Below are positions 9,211-17,849 of a stretch of 64,000 nucleotides of DNA, piece after piece. The DNA is from Candidatus Aminicenantes bacterium (GTDB lineage Bacteria; Acidobacteriota; Aminicenantia; Aminicenantales; UBA8522): positions 25,494 through 89,493 of the forward strand of contig JBBILQ010000001.1 in assembly GCA_037444845.1 (NCBI GenBank). Direction: 5' to 3'. The position numbers and the translations under genes are program-made. Positions within the stretch are counted from its first letter, which is position 1. Every line of letters begins with the position of its first letter. A model generated the notes under the pieces. That model did not search any database and was not told where the DNA came from. It was given only the letters and a program-made list of their open reading frames with translations.

Positions 9211-10848
9211 TGCACGAGGCGCCCTTCTGCTCCTTCGTTTCAATAAAATCGACCCCTCCCGGCTTAATCTCTTCCAATGCATAATCTCCGCTATCCTTTT
9301 TCACAACTCTCCAGGACTCATTGAGTTTCAAGATCCAGCCGTCCCCTTTGATTTCTTTTCCTTCAATAATCTGTGGTTCGGATACGGTAACCCGCCGCCA
9401 GTTTTTGTCAATCAACAAGCCTTTTTCCACTTCCAGGTTGCCCCATTTATCAATGATGTGCGCTGTCCTGTAAACGCTTCCGTATTCTTCCAGGGGAAAT
9501 ATCTCCTGCGGGTTAAAGCTAATGTTCATCTTGATCAAGTCTATTTTCAAACTGGGCTTGTCAATGAAAATGCTTTTGTACTCTTTGAGGAGCTGGTTTT
9601 GTTTGTCCTGAAATGCCCTTTCGGCTTTTATCAGCTCCTCGCCATCGTATTTATAGTATCTTCTCTCTGCTTCCGTTTTCAAATCGTCCGGCAACTGGAA
9701 AGAAAGGGCTTTTTCCATGATTTCGCCGAATTCGCTCGTGTTGTTTAAGCTACTTCTCCACTCAACCTTTAACTCATCTAAGAGTATCCCGTAGGCCGGC
9801 CCAGTTTGATAGGCAAATGACCAGTTAAAGGATATCTGCGCCTCTGCATTTTTTATTCGCCTTTCCATCTCTATCATCAGAGCCTCTGGCGGATACCCGC
9901 ATAATTTTGCGCCGGTATATTCTGCCAGTCCTTCGTGCATTTCAAATCTGCTCTCGTTCACGCGGGCAGATTGGAAAATTTTGTGTCTGCAATTCCTGAA
10001 AATCAAAGCATCCTCGATCGCTTCCAGCCTGTCGTGGTCGGCGGAAAGCAGAGCCTTTCTTAAGGCGCGCCATTCAAGCTTTAAATAGATTCTCCCGTCC
10101 AACGTATCCAGCCTGATCTATTCACAAAATGATACGATAAAACGCCCCCTCCCCTGGCGGGAGGGGATAGAGGGGAGGGGGAATCTTTGAATGATCCCCC
10201 TCACCCCGACCCTCTCCCACATGGGGAGAGGGGATTTTTTCCTTTCATTTCGTGAATAGTCCAGGTCAGATGGCTGTTGTCCGTATTCACAGGCGGAAAT
10301 CCGATGCCCTTCTGTATCCGGTGCCAGGATTCGTGCGCTAACAGCCAATTCCTGTCCTGTTTATTGTCCCTGGATAAATGATCCCAGATCACCATGGTCC
10401 ATTTTTCTCCATACAGGTCAGCTGCTGTATTGGCAGGATTAATCTCTTTCGCCAATTCCCCGATGAATACATTTCCCCTTTTTTTGAAAGTATTCAGCAT
10501 GTTTTGCTGATTGGCGACGACGGCTCTGGATGCGGGATCGACAAACAGCACTTTGCCGTAAAGGTTGACACGCCACAGCCTGCCATTGTCTTTTTCTGAT
10601 ATTTCTTTTAGTTCCTCGAAATATCGAGAAGCTAAATCAATATCAATGGATGCTTCCTGGCTTGCTCCGGCCTTCCCGGAAGGGAATGATCCGATACACA
10701 CGATCAGCATGATGAAAAAAGCGACTCGTTTCGGCATTGTCACAACTCCAATCATCATTACGGGTCTTCGCATAATAGTACGGATGAAATATCCAAAAGG
10801 TTTTCGAGAGAGAAAAGCGTGGCCTGATACTCCACTGAGCAGCAGCAA
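9194..10848 (-). pseudogene. Secreted HExxH zinc-metallopeptidase gene split by MITE insertion (N-terminal fragment 10848..10267, C-terminal fragment 10111..9194)
   Basis: N-fragment: signal peptide + LLAHESWHRIQ (HExxH); ORF runs 19 codons into the repeat then stops. C-fragment ORF has no ATG for its first 54 codons (track start is TTG). Removing element 10112..10265 plus one CAG repeat joins ...NSHL|DTLDGRIYLKLEW... in the same frame. C-fragment carries EMHEGLAEY, reminiscent of the M1 NEGFAxY third-ligand motif. Confidence 0.55.
10112..10265. mobile_element. 154-bp MITE-like element, copy 2, inserted within metallopeptidase coding sequence (flanked by CAG/CAG within cCAG...tCAG)
   Basis: Identical over all 154 nt to 4162..4315; same orientation; flanking sequence differs outside the element; 3-bp direct repeat CAG at 10109-10111 and 10267-10269. 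Confidence 0.65.
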
Positions 10849-11070
10849 GGCCAGGCCCTGGACTTCTTCTCCCCCGTCTCCCCTCCCCCATCGCTTTGTT
10901 CTGCGTGCAAGGCTGGAAGGCTCGTTACCCGCCTGACCGGCGAGCCTGCCCGTTTCATTGTCCTATTCGTGCTTTCGAGCGTGGCGTAGATACGTCCCCT
11001 TATCTTTTTCGATTTGCTAAGCGGAAAGAGGTGCTTCTGAAAATAACGGAGAGTCGGCATCGACAGCGCT

Positions 11071-12825
11071 TTAGCCTGTAAAATAGAGGTAAGCGGCAAG
11101 GATCAATAGAAGGACAATGGCTGAGGCGATGACGTCGCCGCGGCCCCAGCTGACGCGTGATTTCAACCGGTCTTCGGCAGTCCTGGTGGCATACGTCAGC
11201 CCGCTCATCCTTTCGTAAGAAGGTTCCTTGGTCAGGTAACTGACGACAATCATGACCACGACACAGACGATGAAAATGACCAGGCTGTAGTACTGGAAAA
11301 AGATATTGTTGATGACCCAGAAAAACGAGCCTTCCTGGTAGGAAAAGCCTTTCAATAATTTTACTGGCGTGTCCACCGCCAGGCGGAAAAGGCCAAGGGA
11401 AAAGCCTGTCACCAGAGCAGCCAGACATCCCTTGCTGTTCAACCTTTTCATGAAAACCCCGAAGAAAAAGACGACAAAGATCGGCGGCGCCAGATAAGCC
11501 TGGATTCCCTGGAGATAGTCATACAACCCCTTCCCCCCTCGAATGACCGGGATCCAGAAAAGACCGATGGCTACCATCACTGTCGTGGCCACCCTCCCCA
11601 TCCAGACGAGTTGCTGCTGTGTCGCTTTAGGCCGCATCCGCGAGTAAAAATCCATTGTGAAGAGCGCAGAGGAAGCGTTGAAAACCCCGGCCAAGGAGCT
11701 CATCAGGGCTGCTAAGAGTCCTGCCACCACCATTCCCCGCACACCGATGGGTAGAACATGGGCCACTAGAAGCGGAAAGGCCTTCTGAGCGTTATCCCGG
11801 AGGAGCTCCCCGCTGGGGCCAAAAAATTCCTGTTGGAGGATAGGCACCTGGCCGCTCTTGGCAAGGGCGAACGTAATCATCCCGGGGATGATGAAGATAA
11901 ATACCGGCAAAAGCTTAAAAAAGGACGCTGTGATTGACCCCCGCCTGGCTTCCCGCTCATCCCTGGCTCCTAGAGCTCGCTGGACGATGTACTGGTCGGT
12001 GCACCAGTACCACAAACCGATGATCGGGGCGCAGAAGAGCATCCCCAGCCAGGGATAGTTGTCATTGAAATACCAGGCCATTCGACCCGCTTCCTTGACT
12101 GGTTCCCAAGTTCCTTCTAACCCGGACGGAACCAACGGCTTCCATAGGTTGAACATCTCTGAGCCGGCGATGGAACGCAACGCTTCCCATCCTCCCAGCG
12201 CTTTGAGCCCGAACAGGGTCACGAGGATCGAGCCAAAAACCAGCACGATAGTCTGCATCGCTTCTGTGTAGGCAACGGCCCGTAACCCGCCGAGAATTGT
12301 ATAGACGCCCGTAAAGACAATGACCAGGATGGAGCCAATCCAGAAGCTGTCAAGGCCGAGGAATCGAACTTCCGGCAGCAGCACGCTGAAGACTATCCCG
12401 CCCGCAAAGATGCCGACGGCGATCTTCGTCAGGACGTAGGCGACCAGGGAGATGAGAGAAAGCACGGTCCTTGACGCCGGCGAGAACCGCCGCTCCAGGA
12501 ATTCCGGCATCGTGAAGACCTTCGAGCGCATGTAGAAAGGAACCATGACCCAGGCCAGGACCAGAAGACACCAGGCATGGAGCTCATAGTGCGCCATGGC
12601 CACCCCATCAGTCGCGCCCGAACCCGCCAGGCCGACCAGGTGTTCAGAGCCGATGTTGGAAGAGAAAATGGAAGCCCCGACGATGAACCAGCCCAGGTGG
12701 CGACCGGCCAGAAAATAATCCGTGGAGGTCTTCTGCCCCTGCCGGATGACCCACCAGGATATCCCCAGAATGACCAGGAAATAAAGAGCAATAATCATCC
12801 AGTCAATCGCCTGAAGTCCGCTCAT
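11071..12825 (-). CDS. Sodium:solute symporter family (SSF) transporter
   Basis: 584 aa, ~13-14 TM; N-terminal DYFLAGR motif and GxxxSxN region typical of SSF (SglT/PutP-like) transporters. Confidence 0.85.
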   Translation of the reverse strand: MSGLQAIDWMIIALYFLVILGISWWVIRQGQKTSTDYFLAGRHLGWFIVGASIFSSNIGSEHLVGLAGSGATDGVAMAHYELHAWCLLVLAWVMVPFYMRSKVFTMPEFLERRFSPASRTVLSLISLVAYVLTKIAVGIFAGGIVFSVLLPEVRFLGLDSFWIGSILVIVFTGVYTILGGLRAVAYTEAMQTIVLVFGSILVTLFGLKALGGWEALRSIAGSEMFNLWKPLVPSGLEGTWEPVKEAGRMAWYFNDNYPWLGMLFCAPIIGLWYWCTDQYIVQRALGARDEREARRGSITASFFKLLPVFIFIIPGMITFALAKSGQVPILQQEFFGPSGELLRDNAQKAFPLLVAHVLPIGVRGMVVAGLLAALMSSLAGVFNASSALFTMDFYSRMRPKATQQQLVWMGRVATTVMVAIGLFWIPVIRGGKGLYDYLQGIQAYLAPPIFVVFFFGVFMKRLNSKGCLAALVTGFSLGLFRLAVDTPVKLLKGFSYQEGSFFWVINNIFFQYYSLVIFIVCVVVMIVVSYLTKEPSYERMSGLTYATRTAEDRLKSRVSWGRGDVIASAIVLLLILAAYLYFTG

Positions 12826-13020
12826 CGTTTTCCATCCTTTTTTCTTCAGAAATAGGCATAAAGTTTATCAAAATATTCCTTGTCCTGACAACTCAAATCA
12901 TTGGCTCTATTCCGCTCCTCCTTCGATTGAAACGAGAATTCTTTCAAAACCGGAAAAAATGAGGGATGTGGCAAAGCGTCGAGGAGATTTAAAACGATGT
13001 TTCCCGCAGGTCGGGCTTGT

Positions 13021-13842
13021 TCAGTAACGGGCAGGAGCTTGCCGGGGAACAATTTCGCCGTCAATTCCGATGACCTGTTTCTGGATTTCGACCGGGGCGC
13101 CGGAGAGCGCGGCCGCTCGTTCGACGATCCGGCAGAGCCCTGAGCAGCAGGGAACGGTCATGATGGCGACGGTCAGGGAGCGCGGGTGGTTCTGGCGGAG
13201 GATCTCGGCCAGTTTCTCCGCGTAGCCCTCGGTCTCATCCAGCTTCGGGCAGGCGATGATGAGCTTTTTTCCCCGGAGAAGGTCCTGGTGAAAACTCCCT
13301 AATGCAAAAGCCGTGCAGTCGGCTGCGACAAGAAGGTCACTATCTTTAAAATACGGAGCATAGGGCGATACCAGATGGAGCTGGATCGGCCACTGGCGGA
13401 GTTCTGAAGCAGCCGAGACGGACCTCCCCTCTTCTCGGGCCTTTTCTTCAGGGATTTCGCAGGCTGCGCTTCCCGGGCAGCCCGAGAAGTTCATTTTCTG
13501 GCTTGCGAGGCCAGGCCGGGAACAGTCTTCATGAACAGGTTGCCGGGCCTCCCCGCCGATCCCATGCACGAGCCGCGCGGCCTTCGGCCCTCTTGTCCGC
13601 GCAACGTGTTCATAAGCAGCCAGGGGGTCGTAGTCTTCGCTTTCTCTTTCAATGATCTTGAGCGCACCTGTCGGGCAGACATCCAGGCAGGCGCCCATGC
13701 CGTCGCAATAGATTTCCTTCACGAGGACCGCCTTGTTCTCCTCGTCCAGGGCCAATGCGCCCTCGGCGCACGCTGTGGTGCAGAGGCCGCACCCGTCGCA
13801 TTTATCCCTGTCGATCTCGATGATTTTTCTTTTTGCCATTGT
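13021..13842 (-). CDS. 4Fe-4S dicluster ferredoxin-domain protein with C-terminal Cys-rich domain
   Basis: CDGCGLCTTAC and CDGMGACLDVCP two [4Fe-4S] motifs; start ATG 13842 preceded by AGGAG; additional CCSGLC motif near C-terminus; downstream of a Crp/Fnr gene. Confidence 0.7.
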   Translation of the reverse strand, partial: TMAKRKIIEIDRDKCDGCGLCTTACAEGALALDEENKAVLVKEIYCDGMGACLDVCPTGALKIIERESEDYDPLAAYEHVARTRGPKAARLVHGIGGEARQPVHEDCSRPGLASQKMNFSGCPGSAACEIPEEKAREEGRSVSAASELRQWPIQLHLVSPYAPYFKDSDLLVAADCTAFALGSFHQDLLRGKKLIIACPKLDETEGYAEKLAEILRQNHPRSLTVAIMTVPCCSGLCRIVERAAALSGAPVEIQKQVIGIDGEIVPRQAPARY

Positions 13843-13920
13843 CGGAACTCCTTCTCTATTAAATCCACTACCGAAACAATACCAGGAAGGTTCCAGGAAT
13901 TCCTTGACTTTGGTCAAAAA

Positions 13921-14541
13921 TTAACAGATGAGCTCTTCGCGCAGCCCCTGGCAGTTCTTTACCCGGATGCTCCGGCCTCTGACGTCGATCAGGCCGTCCT
14001 GCTTCATGTCCCGCAAGTTCCTTGATAGCGTCTCACTCGCCGTGCCCAGAAGCCTGGCCAGGTCGGCTTTCTTGATTTTCAGGTCGACAACGCAGCCCTT
14101 ATCGCCAGAGCAATGGGAAAGGAGGTACTGGGCGAGCCTCTGGCGGACCGTCCGAAGCCCGAGTGCCTCGATCCGCTCGTTGAGGATGAGGCACTTGCGG
14201 GCAAGGAGCCCGAGGAAAAAACGGGACAAGCCAGGGCTTTTTTCGAGCTTCCTGAAGAAAGCATCTCTCTCGAAGTAAAGAACCTCGGAATCTTTTGTTG
14301 TCTCGGCGAAGGCGGGAAACCGGCCGGCCGCAAAGACAGCCGCTTCGCCAAAAAAATCACCCGGCTGGAGCCTTACCACCTCGATTTCCCTGCCCTTCTC
14401 GTCCATCCTAAAGACACGGATTTCTCCCGATAGAACATAGAAGAAGCCACGCGCTTCCTCCCCTGCACTGAAGAGAAGCTCCTTTTTGCTGTGTTTCTTT
14501 TTGATGCCAAGGGTCTGGATTTGCTTGTCTAATATTTTCAT
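13921..14541 (-). CDS. Crp/Fnr-family transcriptional regulator
   Basis: N-terminal cNMP-binding beta-barrel (FFGEAAVF..), C-terminal HTH (ADLARLLGTASETLSRNLRDM). Confidence 0.85.
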   Translation of the reverse strand: MKILDKQIQTLGIKKKHSKKELLFSAGEEARGFFYVLSGEIRVFRMDEKGREIEVVRLQPGDFFGEAAVFAAGRFPAFAETTKDSEVLYFERDAFFRKLEKSPGLSRFFLGLLARKCLILNERIEALGLRTVRQRLAQYLLSHCSGDKGCVVDLKIKKADLARLLGTASETLSRNLRDMKQDGLIDVRGRSIRVKNCQGLREELIC

Positions 14542-14658
14542 GTGAGCTTTCCCTCCACGTTAGAGCAGGAAAGCCGCGCCAGTTTCACGCCTATCCTAAC
14601 TCATGATGCTGCCTCGTCAGGCTATTTGGCTTCAGGCCGGAATCTTATCTCTGGCATT

Positions 14659-15468
14659 TTATCCCCGCTCCACAGGCAGAATCAGGCAAGTCGGTCCTCC
14701 CCTCCCCTTCACGAACTCGGAAAGGTCGAGGAAATGAACCCTGTAATTAGCCTCCTTAAGAGCTCTGGCAGCGACCGTGTTCTTTTTCTCGGCGATGACC
14801 TCATTATTGCCCAGGGAGATGACATTGCCGCTTACGGAATGACCGCGGGATATCGTGATTGTCTCGAAGCCTGATAAGAAACCGCGGGGGAAAAGGCCGC
14901 CGCAGCACAGGACCGCCTTTGTCCCGACCAGACTCATGGCCCCTCCGATGTGGAGGTAAGGCGGCGGCAGGATGATGACGCGGACCTCATAGCCCATGGC
15001 CTCGAGAAGGCGGGAAAGCTGTTTTACGCCCGCGGAGTTTGTCCGCACGGACTGGCCGACGAAAGCGACATCGCCAGCCAGGATGACGTCACCGCCCTCG
15101 ACCGTCCCTGGAGGACGGATTTCGCCGGCGCAGGGAACGCCAACCGCATCAAGAGCAGCAGCCATCCAGTCTTCCTCGCCTCGGCGTGTCCGCAAGCCCA
15201 TCCTGAGTTTGATGTAGCCCTCTGGCGTAACCAGGCTCGAGTCCCGGGTAAACACAGAATTGGGATGGCCAGAAAGCTCCTTAAGACGGACGACGCGTGC
15301 TCCTGATTTCCTCAAGAGCGCGCAGAGGCGGCGGTGCTGTTCAATGGCTTTTGCCCTGACAGCCACTTGCTCGATGTTATGGGCTTGGGGGTCCCTCACG
15401 CTGAAGTACTCTTTTCGCGGCGGCGAAACGACGACGCGCCTCAGCCTGTCGCCTTCATTCCTTACCAT
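14659..15468 (-). CDS. Dimethylarginine dimethylaminohydrolase-like enzyme (amidinotransferase/arginine-deiminase fold)
   Basis: 269 aa; DDAH-like motifs incl. FTRDS and C-terminal active-site cysteine context GGPTCLILPVER. Confidence 0.7.
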   Translation of the reverse strand: MVRNEGDRLRRVVVSPPRKEYFSVRDPQAHNIEQVAVRAKAIEQHRRLCALLRKSGARVVRLKELSGHPNSVFTRDSSLVTPEGYIKLRMGLRTRRGEEDWMAAALDAVGVPCAGEIRPPGTVEGGDVILAGDVAFVGQSVRTNSAGVKQLSRLLEAMGYEVRVIILPPPYLHIGGAMSLVGTKAVLCCGGLFPRGFLSGFETITISRGHSVSGNVISLGNNEVIAEKKNTVAARALKEANYRVHFLDLSEFVKGRGGPTCLILPVERG

Positions 15469-15532
15469 GGCCGTATCCTTTGTTCCTGTTCTTTAGCCGT
15501 AGTTTTTAGCGTATCAATTCCCAACATACCAC

Positions 15533-17557
15533 CTACAAGTTTTCAAAATGAAGATTTTCGGCAAGCCGCCGGAGGATGTCCGGCGCGTCGGTTCCCTCGA
15601 CTTTCAAGATAAAGACCTCAATACCCCAGCAGACGGCGAGCGCTGCTCGTGAGTTCTCAGCATTGATAATGGCGAGCGCAGGCTGAGTGCTGGCGACTTC
15701 TATCTTGATCTCCTCACCTCCAGGTATAAGCGCGCTCAGCTTTTTCTGTGCTTCTTTTGCTGCGTCCTGCCATGGATAAACTTCATGCTGCTCCAAAGCA
15801 ATATGCTCACCCGAAGAGCCATCGCGGGCGCGTCCATGACCCTTGAGGGCAACAACCGTTCTGTCTGGCCAAACGGCATCGAGCTTTGTGAACTGGAAAT
15901 CGTCCGGTTTTTCCAGCGTGATACAGAGCCAGGGGTTTTGGTAACGGTTTCCCTCAATAAAAAAGGGTTTCCCGTCAGCCGGAACCATGCGGGTCTTGCC
16001 ATCGATCTCGTATTCCAGGATTTCGATATCGACCTGGCCGAAGACCTGCTGGGCCGCCCCCAGGCCAAGCTCACCCGGGCCTTCAGTCAGAGAAGACGCG
16101 AGGATGGCAATCCTGGTGGCGTCGGCGGCACCCTCGTTAACGATGGCTGCGTCCAGCGGCACCCATTCCTCTCCGGCCAGGACTTCTGTCCAGGCGTGGC
16201 CGCCAAACATGCCCAGAGCGTAGACATAGCCCAGAACAATTCTCGACGGGATGCCCGCAGCTCTGGTAAGTGTGGCCAAGAGAGTCGCGTACCCCATGCA
16301 TGTGCCCCGCCGGTCTTTAAAAATCTCCGTTGCCGGGGCGAAAACGAGCCCTAAATCAAAGGTCATGTTTTCTGTAACCCAGCGTTTGAGTCTGATAGCT
16401 GCCCGGAAAGCGTTTTTTTCCTGGCCGACAAGCTCGTCAGCGAGGCGCCTGATCTCTATGTCATCCGACTGGATATAAGCATTCGGCTCGAGGATGGCGC
16501 TATTTTGCTCGGTTAAAGCCACCGGGAAGAGCGTCTCTTTCCCGGGTTCTATCCTCGTAACTTCCAGGATGAGCATTTTTTCTGTTTTCTCGATAACTCT
16601 TTGGCCGGGCCGGGTCAGTTCCGGCCAGCCTAACTCCGGGTTTCGATGGGTCAGGCGGACTTTTAGCCGGTCGATTGGCTTAGCTCTTGGTAAACGGATA
16701 TTGGCCTTGACGATGGATCTTTCATATATTTCGACTGGCAATTCTCCGGCTGAGGCAGCGAGAAGCGCTCGTTCTCTGTCGGATCGGATGGCCTCGATGA
16801 GGCCGAACGGCCCGGGCTCTTGCTGCTTGATGATAAAGCCTTCCTCATCCAGCCAGAGCGTCCGTATAGTCGGCATATCTTTTAGAGTTTCTTCGATTCT
16901 GAGAGCTGTCACGCTTGCGCCGGCTATTTCAAGGTTCTCCCGGGCTTTGAGGGCGCGCGAGAGCATTGTAGCCAGAGAGGCTGCGCCGATGAATGTCGGA
17001 ACTGATACCGTATCGCCTATCTCTCTGAGCCCATGCCTCGACATCATCCTGATGCCTTCCGGGCCAAAAAGCTCGCCTTTGTACCCGAGCTTCCGGGTGT
17101 AAGACTTTCCGCCGGCTTCGCTCCGGAGCTCGATAATGCCTTCCTTAATAGACGCCTCTGTCACCGTTATTTGATTGGAAAGCTTCATTTCAACCCGAGT
17201 AGCCAGAAGGTGACCGCTGGGATCCTCCTCGGTGACCGAAAAAGACGTGAGTTCCACCCGGCTTCCCATCCGGTTGAGGACGAGGCGCATCTCTGTTTTG
17301 GTCTTAAAGCGTGTGGGACCGGCCGCGGTTTCTCCGGGGGAAGCACTCAAAAGGACCTCGCGAAGATAACCGGCCTCAATTCCCCCAATTCTCACCACAT
17401 ACCATAGCTCAGAAGCCCTTAGCCGGGCATTATGAGAGAGCTTTTGGAGGAGCGTCTGCCCTTGAAAGACCAGGTTCAAGCAAAGGAGCAGGATGATTGC
17501 TCTCAGGATTTTCAGCCGGCCAAAAGCGCTATTGAGATAACAAGCTTCTAACTTCAT
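15533..17557 (-). CDS. Secreted transglutaminase-like (cysteine-protease-fold) domain protein
   Basis: Signal peptide; core GTCMGYATL...GGHAWTEV...D matches the transglutaminase-like Cys-His-Asp triad; ~380 aa N-terminal domain of unknown function. Confidence 0.75.
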   Translation of the reverse strand: MKLEACYLNSAFGRLKILRAIILLLCLNLVFQGQTLLQKLSHNARLRASELWYVVRIGGIEAGYLREVLLSASPGETAAGPTRFKTKTEMRLVLNRMGSRVELTSFSVTEEDPSGHLLATRVEMKLSNQITVTEASIKEGIIELRSEAGGKSYTRKLGYKGELFGPEGIRMMSRHGLREIGDTVSVPTFIGAASLATMLSRALKARENLEIAGASVTALRIEETLKDMPTIRTLWLDEEGFIIKQQEPGPFGLIEAIRSDRERALLAASAGELPVEIYERSIVKANIRLPRAKPIDRLKVRLTHRNPELGWPELTRPGQRVIEKTEKMLILEVTRIEPGKETLFPVALTEQNSAILEPNAYIQSDDIEIRRLADELVGQEKNAFRAAIRLKRWVTENMTFDLGLVFAPATEIFKDRRGTCMGYATLLATLTRAAGIPSRIVLGYVYALGMFGGHAWTEVLAGEEWVPLDAAIVNEGAADATRIAILASSLTEGPGELGLGAAQQVFGQVDIEILEYEIDGKTRMVPADGKPFFIEGNRYQNPWLCITLEKPDDFQFTKLDAVWPDRTVVALKGHGRARDGSSGEHIALEQHEVYPWQDAAKEAQKKLSALIPGGEEIKIEVASTQPALAIINAENSRAALAVCWGIEVFILKVEGTDAPDILRRLAENLHFENL

Positions 17558-17849
17558 TCGTCCTCTTCAATGCCTTCTTTTCGTTCCTGCTCCCAGAAAA
17601 AGGGAAGTTATTATTCCTCAGTTGCGGCCTTTAGTCAAAAATGGAGCTGCTTGACAAAGTCCTCTTGAAGCGCTGATCTATCCTTCAATGTGCGGCTGCC
17701 TGCAAAAAACGTCTCCGGTTTCCTAACGCTTTGTATCTTATTCATACCCAATTAGATGTGTCAACTGCAAAATCCTTCTTGCCGCATTATCTTATTTGAG
17801 GTATTTTTTGAAGCCCTATACTTTCTTTAAAATAATGCAAGGAGGAATC

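Noticed and set aside
4162-10265. Considered whether the two identical 154-bp repeats could be CRISPR repeats or a segmental duplication
   Set aside because: Only two copies ~5.8 kb apart, far longer than CRISPR repeats, no spacer array, and flanks are unrelated while the ends are inverted repeats with short direct duplications. That is transposable-element architecture.
10118-10348. ORF-track ORFs lying inside or spanning the 154-bp repeat (e.g. 10118..10348 on the minus strand, and the equivalent frames in copy 1)
   Set aside because: They translate the GC-rich hairpin sequence of the repeat element (poly-Gly/Pro/Arg strings) and are identical artefacts at both copies; not credible genes.
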